Source: Eubacteriales bacterium
Lineage (GTDB): Bacteria > Bacillota > Clostridia > Oscillospirales > CAG-272
Assembly: GCA_045532215.1 (NCBI GenBank)
Contig: JAZSFM010000061.1
Location: 1 to 61,632, forward strand
Direction of reading: 5' to 3'
DNA: 61,632 nucleotides
The notes under the pieces were generated by a model. The model was given only the letters and a program-made list of their open reading frames with translations. It was not told where the DNA came from and did not search any database. The position numbers and the translations under genes were made by a program. Of the stretch, positions 8,979-16,812 are shown one piece after another. The first letter of the stretch is position 1; each line of letters starts with the position of its first letter.

Positions 8979-9365
8979 ATGACCGAAGTTGTTGCCGCCC
9001 TGATATGGCGTGGAGAAAAATTTATGATTTGTCAGCGCCCTGCGCACAAGGCAAGGGGGCTTTTGTGGGAGTTCGTTGGCGGCAAGGTCGAGGCAGGCGA
9101 AACAAAAGAGCAAGCACTCATCCGCGAGTGCCAAGAAGAGTTGAACGTTCTCCTATCCGTTGGTGACGTGTTTATGGATGTCATCCACGAATATCCCGAC
9201 CTGATGGTGCATCTCACACTTTTCCACGCAACCATTGCCGAGGGAGAGCCGCAAAAATTGGAACACAATGACATCAGGTGGATCACGCCAGAGGAAATTT
9301 CCAATTACGATTTTTGCCCTGCAGACGAAGAAATTCTTGCAAGAATTATCGAGGTGTATCCATGA
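8979..9365 (+). CDS. NUDIX hydrolase, MutT-like (8-oxo-dGTP / (d)CTP pyrophosphatase type)
   Basis: Nudix box GGKVEAGETKEQALIRECQEELN. The ATG at 8979 follows AGGAGA. Confidence 0.85.
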   Translation: MTEVVAALIWRGEKFMICQRPAHKARGLLWEFVGGKVEAGETKEQALIRECQEELNVLLSVGDVFMDVIHEYPDLMVHLTLFHATIAEGEPQKLEHNDIRWITPEEISNYDFCPADEEILARIIEVYP

Positions 9366-9958
9366 AAAAACTTTTGATAACCGGCTTTGAGCCCTTTGAC
9401 GGGGAGGAGATCAATCCCTCTTGGGAGGCGATTTCTCGCTTGCCCGATGAAATAAAGGGTTACACGCTCACAAAATTGCGCATTCCCGTGGTGTTTGGCA
9501 AGGCGGCAGAGGCGGTGCTTGCAAAAGCCGCAGAGATTTCTCCCGACGTCATTCTTTGCGTGGGGCAAGCAGGCGGCAGAAGTGCCATCACTCCCGAACT
9601 TGTGGCAATCAATCTGCGCTATGCCAAAATCCCCGATAATGAAGGGCAGCAGCCCAAAGACGAGCCCATTTTTCCCAATGGGAATTGCGCGTATTTTTCC
9701 ACGCTCCCCGTGCGCCAAATGGCAGAAGCCATCAGCGCCGCAGGAATTGCATCGCAGGTGTCTTATTCCGCAGGGGCGTATGTTTGTAACGACCTTTTAT
9801 ACACTTTGCTTGCCCATTTTCAAAACACCCGAATCAAAGTGGGATTTGTGCACATTCCGTATTCCAAAGAACAGGGCAAGGAGCCCGCGATGGAGGTGGC
9901 GGATATGATAAAAGGACTCACCGTTGCCATTGAAAATATGGAGACAGAGAACAAATGA
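9362..9958 (+). CDS. pcp: Pyroglutamyl-peptidase I
   Basis: MKKLLITGFEPFDGEEINPSWEA N-terminus and the ...AGAYVCN... Cys region typical of Pcp. Shows a 4-nt ATGA overlap with the previous gene. Confidence 0.88.
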   Translation: MKKLLITGFEPFDGEEINPSWEAISRLPDEIKGYTLTKLRIPVVFGKAAEAVLAKAAEISPDVILCVGQAGGRSAITPELVAINLRYAKIPDNEGQQPKDEPIFPNGNCAYFSTLPVRQMAEAISAAGIASQVSYSAGAYVCNDLLYTLLAHFQNTRIKVGFVHIPYSKEQGKEPAMEVADMIKGLTVAIENMETENK

Positions 9959-11019
9959 ACGAAATGATAGAACGCAACCAAAAAACACGCCAAAACTTAA
10001 TACAGCACTACAAAAACTACCCCAATTTGCAAGCGGAAGATGTTTTCAAATATCTCTTTCAAAGTGCGTTCGGATGCGAGCATTTGGTGTCAAGCGAGGA
10101 GGCGGCACTCTCATACATCCAACGGGAATATGCAACGCTTTCCAAAACAGAGCCCCCAAAAACAGAATCGCTTGACGGGGATTACAGCCGCGTGTACCTT
10201 TCGCACTTGAATGACGGCCTCACTCCCAAAACGCTTGCAAAACTGTTTTGCCTTTCCGCAAAGAAAGAAGAGAGGGGCAAAGCATTGTTAGAAGAAAAAA
10301 TACAAGTGGCACAAGAACTTGTCGCGAATGGTGTTTTGCCGCTTGATGTTGATGATTTCAACAAAAAACTCGCTATGTGGAAAGAACTTGGCTATCCTGC
10401 GGTGCATCATTCCAACGCTTTTCGCCAGGAGTATCATCCCGCCTACCGCGTGATTGCTAACCTATATGTCGATCTTTTGCCGATGTTTGTCCAAATGGAT
10501 AAACAGCTTGCGCAAGACGGGAAAGCCGTGCAAAAGGTGATTGTTATCGGCTGCCCGGGGAGTGGAAAAACCACCTTTGCCCAAAAACTAAAAGAGAAAA
10601 TCGATTTACCGCTATTTTATTTGGACGCCATTTGGCACAAGCCCGACAAAACGCATATTTCAAGAGAAGAATACGATGCACGTCTTGCCGAAATCCTCGC
10701 GCTCGACGCTTGGATGATCGACGGTAACTACGGTCGCACACTCGAAAGTCGCCTGTCCGCTTGTGATACGGTATTCCTCTTTGATTTGCCCGTCGAGGTT
10801 TGCATTGAGGGGGCAATCTCTCGCATTGGCAAAAAGAGAGATGAAATGCCTTGGATTGAGACCGAATTCGATCCCGAATTCAAAAAACAGATTGAAGAAT
10901 TCCCAAGCAAAGAATTGCCTAACATCTATGCATTACTCGAAAGATACCGCGATAAAAACGTATTTATTTTCAAAAGCCGCCAACAGGCAGATGCCTTTCT
11001 GCAAGCACTGCCATTATAA
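9955..11019 (+). CDS. Two-domain protein: unknown N-terminal domain fused to an adenylate-kinase / topology-modulation-like P-loop NTPase
   Basis: Walker A motif GCPGSGKTT at about residue 205. The N-terminal ~185 aa carry no recognised motif. Confidence 0.65.
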   Translation: MNEMIERNQKTRQNLIQHYKNYPNLQAEDVFKYLFQSAFGCEHLVSSEEAALSYIQREYATLSKTEPPKTESLDGDYSRVYLSHLNDGLTPKTLAKLFCLSAKKEERGKALLEEKIQVAQELVANGVLPLDVDDFNKKLAMWKELGYPAVHHSNAFRQEYHPAYRVIANLYVDLLPMFVQMDKQLAQDGKAVQKVIVIGCPGSGKTTFAQKLKEKIDLPLFYLDAIWHKPDKTHISREEYDARLAEILALDAWMIDGNYGRTLESRLSACDTVFLFDLPVEVCIEGAISRIGKKRDEMPWIETEFDPEFKKQIEEFPSKELPNIYALLERYRDKNVFIFKSRQQADAFLQALPL

Positions 11020-11031
11020 AGGAGCACAGCT

Positions 11032-11994
11032 ATGATTTTTGAAAAACAAGTTGTTAACATCTACAAGGGTATGATGCACACACGGTGCGACGATACCGAA
11101 ACTGTCTTTTACTATTCTGCTGCCGATTTCGCAGGGCTCAAGAGCGAGGCATATCCGTTCCAATCTTCTATGGGACACACGTTGCAGGGATATTTGTATT
11201 CCTACGATAACCCAATCGAAAAAAGACTCGTCGTTTTCGATCACGGCTTTGGTGGCGGTCATCGTGCCTATATGAAAGAGATCGAAAAACTCTGCGCACA
11301 CGGCTACCGCGTGTTTGCCTATGACCACACGGGGTGTATGGAGTCGGGCGGCGAGAACCCCAACGGATTGGCACAATCTCTGTGCGACCTGAATGACTGC
11401 CTCAATGCCATCAAAGCCGATGAGCGTTTTGTTGGTGCGGATATTTCGGTGATGGGGCATAGCTGGGGCGGATTTTCAACCTTGAATATCTCGGCATTGC
11501 ACCCCGAAATCTCCCACATTGTGGCTCTTTGCGGTTTTGTTTCGGTAGAGGAAATGATGAAAACCTTTTTTGCAGGCCCTCTTAAAGGATACCGCAAAGC
11601 GGTGCTTGCATTGGAAAGAGAATCCAATCCCACGTTCTTCACCTACAATGCAGTCGAATCCTTGCGAAACGCCAACACCAAGGCACTTCTTATCTACTCC
11701 GAGGATGATCAGCTCTGCCGCCGCACGCATTATGACATCCTCAAAGAGGGATTGGCAGAAAAAGAAAACGTAAGTTTCCTCTTTGTTTCGGGCAAGGGAC
11801 ACAACCCCAATTACACTGCCGATGCCGTTAAGCTGCTTGGAGAATTCGGAAAGGCGCGCACAAAATTCGCAAAAAAGAAGAACGCAACCCAAGAAGAAAA
11901 AGCGCGCTTTGTCGCATCCTTTGATTGGGAAAAAATCACCGCCCAAGACGAAGCCGTTTGGAATGAGATTTTTGCGCATTTGGATGTGATATAG
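11032..11994 (+). CDS. Alpha/beta hydrolase
   Basis: Nucleophile elbow GHSWGG, with a downstream D/H consistent with a Ser-Asp-His triad. Confidence 0.75.
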   Translation: MIFEKQVVNIYKGMMHTRCDDTETVFYYSAADFAGLKSEAYPFQSSMGHTLQGYLYSYDNPIEKRLVVFDHGFGGGHRAYMKEIEKLCAHGYRVFAYDHTGCMESGGENPNGLAQSLCDLNDCLNAIKADERFVGADISVMGHSWGGFSTLNISALHPEISHIVALCGFVSVEEMMKTFFAGPLKGYRKAVLALERESNPTFFTYNAVESLRNANTKALLIYSEDDQLCRRTHYDILKEGLAEKENVSFLFVSGKGHNPNYTADAVKLLGEFGKARTKFAKKKNATQEEKARFVASFDWEKITAQDEAVWNEIFAHLDVI

Positions 11995-12012
11995 TGAACT
12001 CGGAGAATCTTT

Positions 12013-12552
12013 ATGATATTTGAAACAGATCGCCTCATTCTGCGCCCATGGCGCGAGGATGATGCCGTAGAACTATACAAATACGCAAGCGATGCCGAAG
12101 TAGGTTCACCTGCCGGATGGCTGCCGCACACAAGTGTAGAGAATAGCCGCGAGATCATTCGCACGGTACTTTCCGCGCCCGAGACCTATGCTGTTTGCCT
12201 CAAAGAGGACGGCAAACCTATCGGCAGTGTTGGATTTCACCGCAACGACCTTGCCGAAGATGACGACGAATACGAGCTTGGCTATTGGATTGGCAAGCCC
12301 TTTTGGGGGCAGGGACTGATTCCCGAGGCTTCGCGTGAGTTGCTTCGCTACGCATTCGAGGAACTTGGTATGCAGCGCATTTGGTGCGGCTACTACGAGG
12401 GCAACACAAAGAGCCGCCGTGTGATGGAAAAGCTCGGTTTTGTCTATCATCATACTACCGAAGGATTGGAAATCAAACTTTTGGATGAGGTTCGCACAGG
12501 ACACGCACTTCTTTTGACAAAAGAAGATTGGAAAAAAGGATGTAATCAATGA
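12013..12552 (+). CDS. GNAT-family N-acetyltransferase (RimJ/RimL-like)
   Basis: [15 protein letters not shown]-terminus and a GNAT core. Confidence 0.8.
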   Translation: MIFETDRLILRPWREDDAVELYKYASDAEVGSPAGWLPHTSVENSREIIRTVLSAPETYAVCLKEDGKPIGSVGFHRNDLAEDDDEYELGYWIGKPFWGQGLIPEASRELLRYAFEELGMQRIWCGYYEGNTKSRRVMEKLGFVYHHTTEGLEIKLLDEVRTGHALLLTKEDWKKGCNQ

Positions 12553-12914
12553 CAAAACAAGACTATATCAACTACTGCGTCAGCGCATACGGCACAGTAC
12601 CGGACTTTCCTTTCGAGGATGATTTCGTCACCACTGCACTACGCCACGCAGAAACTCGCAAATGGTATGCACTTGTTATGCAAGTACCGCGAAGCAAGTT
12701 TGTGCAAGAAAGCGACGAACTCATTGACGTTGTAAATCTCAAATTACCAACCGAAATGTTCGGTTCGTTTGGCAAAGAGGAGGGTGTATATCCCGCCTAC
12801 CATATGAACAAGCTGCATTGGGTTTCCATATTGCTTCCCGATGCGCCTGATGGTGTTATTAAATTCTTAACCAACGTCAGCTTTGAGATAACCAAAAAGA
12901 AAAGCAGGAGATGA
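12549..12914 (+). CDS. MmcQ/YjbR-family DNA-binding protein
   Basis: FPFEDD... and [13 protein letters not shown] signature. Overlaps the previous stop. Confidence 0.75.
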   Translation: MTKQDYINYCVSAYGTVPDFPFEDDFVTTALRHAETRKWYALVMQVPRSKFVQESDELIDVVNLKLPTEMFGSFGKEEGVYPAYHMNKLHWVSILLPDAPDGVIKFLTNVSFEITKKKSRR

Positions 12915-12926
12915 AAATAAAAATAT

Positions 12927-13616
12927 ATGACATACTGCATTTCTGATATCCACGGTGAATATGAGTTGTTTATACGTTTGCTTGAAAAAATCAAGTATTC
13001 GAGCGGCGACCGACTCATCATTTGTGGTGATTTCATTGATAAAGGAACTTCCTCGGTTCGTTTAGCCAAAACCATTTTCGGCTTGCCCAATTCTTTCTGC
13101 ATTATGGGCAATCACGAGTATTTGTTTTTCAAATATTACCGTTCTGTCATGGATACGGAGCCGTTGCATTTTGACGCCGCTCTTGCACAACTGCAAAAAT
13201 ATTTTCCCGAGGATGGACATCTGTTGGATTGGGAAACGGTAGATATGCTTGCAGATTTACCGTATTACATAGAGGAGAAGGATTTTATTTGCGTTCACGC
13301 GGGTGTACCGTTGGATGCAGAGGGAAGGGTTCTTCCTTTGTGTGAGGCATCTTGCGAGGAGCTGCTCTATGACAGACGCTTCAAAAACCCCGACATATTG
13401 CCCAAAGAGGGCAAGTGTGTGTTCTTTGGGCACACACCAACAACGTATCTTGTAAACGACCCGAAAATTCTTGCTTATCCTGCGGTTGGCGGTGCCCCCG
13501 ATCGCCACAATATTGCTCATTATTGCAAGGTGCATTTGGATACCGGTGCCTCGACAAGCGGCGTTTTGGGCTGCTTTTGTGTGGAGACTTGCAAGGTGTT
13601 TTATGTTCGAAAATAG
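12927..13616 (+). CDS. Metallophosphoesterase (Ser/Thr phosphatase / ApaH-like)
   Basis: DIHG, GDFIDKG and GNHE motifs. Confidence 0.85.
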   Translation: MTYCISDIHGEYELFIRLLEKIKYSSGDRLIICGDFIDKGTSSVRLAKTIFGLPNSFCIMGNHEYLFFKYYRSVMDTEPLHFDAALAQLQKYFPEDGHLLDWETVDMLADLPYYIEEKDFICVHAGVPLDAEGRVLPLCEASCEELLYDRRFKNPDILPKEGKCVFFGHTPTTYLVNDPKILAYPAVGGAPDRHNIAHYCKVHLDTGASTSGVLGCFCVETCKVFYVRK

Positions 13617-13617
13617 T

Positions 13618-13654
13618 GCAAAAGAGCGTCATTCAAACGAATGACGCTCTTTTG
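13618..13654. terminator. Bidirectional intrinsic terminator
   Basis: 11-bp stem AGAGCGTCATT / AATGACGCTCT flanked by AAA and TTT, between convergent genes. Confidence 0.8.
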
Positions 13655-13684
13655 CTGTTGAGATAGTACGATATAGAGAAGACT

Positions 13685-14173
13685 TTATCCCTCTACCTTG
13701 GGTTGGTTATTGACTGCCGCAGCAGGCTGATTTGTGGTTGTTGCACTCGCCGCAGGCATAGTGGGGGCCAGGTGAGGGGTATAACTGATCTGTTGCATCA
13801 TCGCGCGAGCTGCCAGGTCTTCCTCGGGAGTGCCAAGACCAAAACTGATGGCAATGGCTGTGTTGACGTGGTTCATCACCTCGTCGTCAAGGTGTCCCAT
13901 TTTTTCTTTCAGACGGCGTTTGTCCAATGTGCGGATCTGTTCAAGCAGAATCACAGAATCTTTAGAGAGACCAACCTCTCCTGCATAAATATCGATGTGT
14001 GTGGGGAGCTTTGCCTTGCTCATTCGTGAAGTAATCGCCGCCGCTATCACGGTGGGGCTATATCGGTTGCCGATGTCATTTTGTACGATTAGGACGGGGC
14101 GCAGTCCCCCTTGCTCCGACCCTATCACAGGGCTCAGGTCAGCATAATAAATATCTCCGCGTTTGACACTCAT
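13685..14173 (-). CDS. mazF: MazF/EndoA (PemK-family) mRNA interferase toxin with a ~47-aa C-terminal extension
   Basis: Near-colinear with B. subtilis EndoA ([41 protein letters not shown]...[13 protein letters not shown]). Start at the ATG 14173 behind AAAGGAAG. The tail is rich in P, A, T and Q. Confidence 0.88.
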   Translation of the reverse strand: MSVKRGDIYYADLSPVIGSEQGGLRPVLIVQNDIGNRYSPTVIAAAITSRMSKAKLPTHIDIYAGEVGLSKDSVILLEQIRTLDKRRLKEKMGHLDDEVMNHVNTAIAISFGLGTPEEDLAARAMMQQISYTPHLAPTMPAASATTTNQPAAAVNNQPKVEG

Positions 14174-14438
14174 TGTCACGCTTCCTTTCTTTTGTTTGCC
14201 CCTCGCGGGCTTTTCTGTTAGTATTGTTTCCAAGAATAGGCGGGGCTTAAACGCCATCCAAAAAAGTTTTTGGGTGGAATATTCTGGTGCGGGGAGCTTT
14301 TATTATCAGGATATGCCGTGGGGTGTCGAGCGGTGTCGAACGTGGTCAATTTTGCACAAAATAGGGGAGAGAGAGAGAATTTTCTCTGTATTTTATTAAA
14401 AAAGTTTAATAAAAGGTAGATTTTTTTTGCAAAAAGGG

Positions 14439-14467
14439 TTGCAAACGGGGAGAAAATGTGATATACT
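14439..14467 (+). promoter_or_regulatory. Sigma-A-type promoter of the rimP-nusA-infB operon
   Basis: TTGCAA (14439-14444), 17 nt, TATACT (14462-14467), with a TG-extended -10. Confidence 0.65.
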
Positions 14468-14492
14468 ACATACGGTAGAATAACAAGTATGG

Positions 14493-14536
14493 AGAGTGGG
14501 CCGCGCAAGACCCGCTCTTAATTTTTGGATTTTTTG
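14493..14536 (+). terminator. Leader terminator-like hairpin upstream of rimP (candidate attenuator)
   Basis: 8-bp stem AGAGUGGG / CCCGCUCU including one G-U pair, followed by UUAAUUUUUGGAUUUUUUG. Lies between the promoter and the rimP ATG (14554). Confidence 0.55.
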
Positions 14537-14553
14537 AAAAAGAGGATTGAAAT

Positions 14554-15033
14554 ATGAAAAAGAACGCAAAGGGTGTAGTCGGTGCGGTTCGCGTAATCGC
14601 AGAGCCGCTTGCCGAGGAGCTTGGATACGTCCTGTGGGACGTTGAATACGTCAAGGTTGGTGCCGATATGTATCTGCGCATCACCATCGACAGCGAAGAC
14701 GGCATCACCATCGACGATTGCGAAAAAATGCATCGCGCCATCGATCCGCTCTTGGACGAGGCAGATCCCATCGACGAGGCATATCACCTTGAGGTATCCT
14801 CTCCCGGCATTGAGAGAGAGCTCAAAGAGGATTGGCAAATCGAGGCCTGTGAGGATTGGGACGTTGAGGTTCGTCTCTATGCACCCCTGATGGGCGCCAA
14901 GAGCTATCTTGGCAAGCTTGCCGGACTGAATGAAGCAGGCGAAGTACTGCTTGCAGTCGAGGGGAAGGATGAGCCCTTGTCTTTCCCACGCGCTGCCATC
15001 GCATCGCTTAAAACACGTTTTCAATTTGATTGA
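14554..15033 (+). CDS. rimP: Ribosome maturation factor RimP
   Basis: LEVSSPGIEREL motif; sits immediately upstream of nusA. Confidence 0.9.
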   Translation: MKKNAKGVVGAVRVIAEPLAEELGYVLWDVEYVKVGADMYLRITIDSEDGITIDDCEKMHRAIDPLLDEADPIDEAYHLEVSSPGIERELKEDWQIEACEDWDVEVRLYAPLMGAKSYLGKLAGLNEAGEVLLAVEGKDEPLSFPRAAIASLKTRFQFD

Positions 15034-15076
15034 CCCGAGCGTCAAGGCACATAGATAGAGAAAGGATTGCAAAGCA

Positions 15077-16114
15077 ATGAATACTGAATTTTTTACTGCC
15101 CTTGATTTGTTGGAAAAGGAAAGAGGCGTTCCTGCCGCATATATGATTGAGAAGATCGAGGCAGCTCTCATTTCCGCATACAAAAAGGAATATGGCAACA
15201 ATACAAACGTGCGTATTTTGATCGATCCCAACAAAAAGGACGTCAGAGTGTATCAGCAAAAAGAGGTTGTTGAGGTGGTTGAAAACCCCGAAACACAAAT
15301 CTCTCTCACTGATGCAAAGTGCATTGCCAAAAAATACAAATTGGGCTCGGTAGTGGAGACCGAGGTTAAAACCAAGAACTTCCGCCGCCTGAGTGCAGCG
15401 GCCGCAAAGTCGGTTATCATTCAGGGCATTCGCGAGGGCGAGCGTCTTGCTATGCAAGAGGCCTATGAAAACAAGCACGAAGAAATCATCACCGCAACGG
15501 TCAGCAAGGTTGACCGCGAGACCGGTAACGTTCTTCTCGAAACCGACACCAGCCGTGCTGTTCTGCTCCGTTCCGAGCAGATTCCCGGTGAGGAATTTAT
15601 GGTTGGCGACAAGATCAAGGTCTTCGTTATGGAAGTCAACAAAGAGGCGCGCGGTCCTGTTGTAACGCTTTCCCGTGCACACGCAGGTTTGGTTCGCCGT
15701 CTGTTCGAATTGGAAATTCCCGAAATCGCTGACGGTATCGTTATCGTCAAGGGCGTTGCCCGTGAGGCAGGTTCCCGTACCAAGATCTCTGTTTACTCCA
15801 GAGACGATGCCGTTGAGCCGGTAGGCGCTTGCATCGGTAACAAGGGTGTGCGTCTCAATGGTATCATCAACGAGCTTTGCGGCGAGAAGATCGATATCGT
15901 TCACTATGACGAGAGAATTGAGGACTACGTTGCCAACGCACTCGCTCCCGCAGAGGTTATTTCTGTTACGATGACGGGCGAGAGAGCTTGCCGCGTTCGT
16001 GTCGCTCCCGATCAGCTGTCCTTGGCGATCGGTAAGGAAGGACAGAATGCGCGTCTTGCCGCACGTCTGACGGGTTGCAAGATCGATATCAAGCCCGACG
16101 ATTACGAAGATTGA
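15077..16114 (+). CDS. nusA: Transcription termination/antitermination factor NusA
   Basis: N-terminal domain, S1 domain and two KH domains are recognisable (GACIGNKGVRLNGI, AIGKEGQNARLAARLTG). Confidence 0.95.
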   Translation: MNTEFFTALDLLEKERGVPAAYMIEKIEAALISAYKKEYGNNTNVRILIDPNKKDVRVYQQKEVVEVVENPETQISLTDAKCIAKKYKLGSVVETEVKTKNFRRLSAAAAKSVIIQGIREGERLAMQEAYENKHEEIITATVSKVDRETGNVLLETDTSRAVLLRSEQIPGEEFMVGDKIKVFVMEVNKEARGPVVTLSRAHAGLVRRLFELEIPEIADGIVIVKGVAREAGSRTKISVYSRDDAVEPVGACIGNKGVRLNGIINELCGEKIDIVHYDERIEDYVANALAPAEVISVTMTGERACRVRVAPDQLSLAIGKEGQNARLAARLTGCKIDIKPDDYED

Positions 16115-16120
16115 TCAAAT

Positions 16121-16399
16121 ATGGAAAAAAAGGTAAAAAAGATCCCAATGCGTCGCTGCGTGGGATGCAATGAACATAAACCCAAGGCAGAACTTTTGCG
16201 CGTGGTACGTGATCCCGAGGGCGGCATTTCGCTCGACTTCAAGGGAAAAAAATCCGGACGCGGCGCCTATATCTGCCGTGACGTCAAGTGTCTGAAGAAG
16301 GCACGCAAGAGCCATAGAATCGACAGAGATTTGGAATGTGTCATTTCCGAAGAAGTTTACGATGCTATGGAACAAGAACTCCAAAACAATGATGAGTGA
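16121..16399 (+). CDS. ylxR: YlxR/RnpM-family RNA-binding protein (DUF448)
   Basis: PMRRCVGC...GRGAYIC signature and conserved position after nusA. Confidence 0.88.
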   Translation: MEKKVKKIPMRRCVGCNEHKPKAELLRVVRDPEGGISLDFKGKKSGRGAYICRDVKCLKKARKSHRIDRDLECVISEEVYDAMEQELQNNDE

Positions 16400-16739
16400 C
16401 CAAAACCGTGCATTGCTGTTCTCCTTGGGGCTTTGCGCCAAGGCGGGCAAGCTGATTTATGGCGTGCCAATGGTCTGCGAGGCACTCAAAAAACAAAAAT
16501 CGGTTGTGGCAGTTTTCAGTGCTGCTGACAATTCCCCCAATTCCGCCAAGCGGCTGTCTGACCGTTGCGCTTTCTACGGCGCACCGCTTTACACGCTTGA
16601 CATCGACGGAGACACACTTTCCGGGGCAGTGGGGAAGAGTGGTCGACTTGCGGCTCTGGCTATTACCGATCAAAATCTTTGTCGGTTGGTGCTTTCCAAA
16701 CTGACACGGGATACAGAAAACGACAACAACGAGAATTGA
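16389..16739 (+). CDS. ylxQ: L7Ae-family RNA-binding protein YlxQ
   Basis: LGLCAKAGKL motif; the ATG overlaps the ylxR stop; conserved position before infB. Confidence 0.82.
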   Translation: MMSDQNRALLFSLGLCAKAGKLIYGVPMVCEALKKQKSVVAVFSAADNSPNSAKRLSDRCAFYGAPLYTLDIDGDTLSGAVGKSGRLAALAITDQNLCRLVLSKLTRDTENDNNEN

Positions 16740-16812
16740 CCTCTGCGGGGTCAAATTCGAAATTTTATGATTTCGCACGGCGCTGCGGCTGTGCGAGGAA
16801 TCAGGAGGAAAT

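Noticed and set aside
13685-14257. Longer 190-aa form of MazF starting at 14257
   Set aside because: The internal ATG at 14173 has a good SD (AAAGGAAG) and aligns with the EndoA N-terminus (M-x-VKRGD). The upstream 28 codons have no counterpart.
14218-14508. 96-aa minus-strand ORF as a possible MazE-type antitoxin upstream of mazF
   Set aside because: There is no SD. The composition is hydrophobic and low-complexity and unlike AbrB/RHH antitoxins. It overlaps the plus-strand rimP promoter and is not translationally coupled to mazF.
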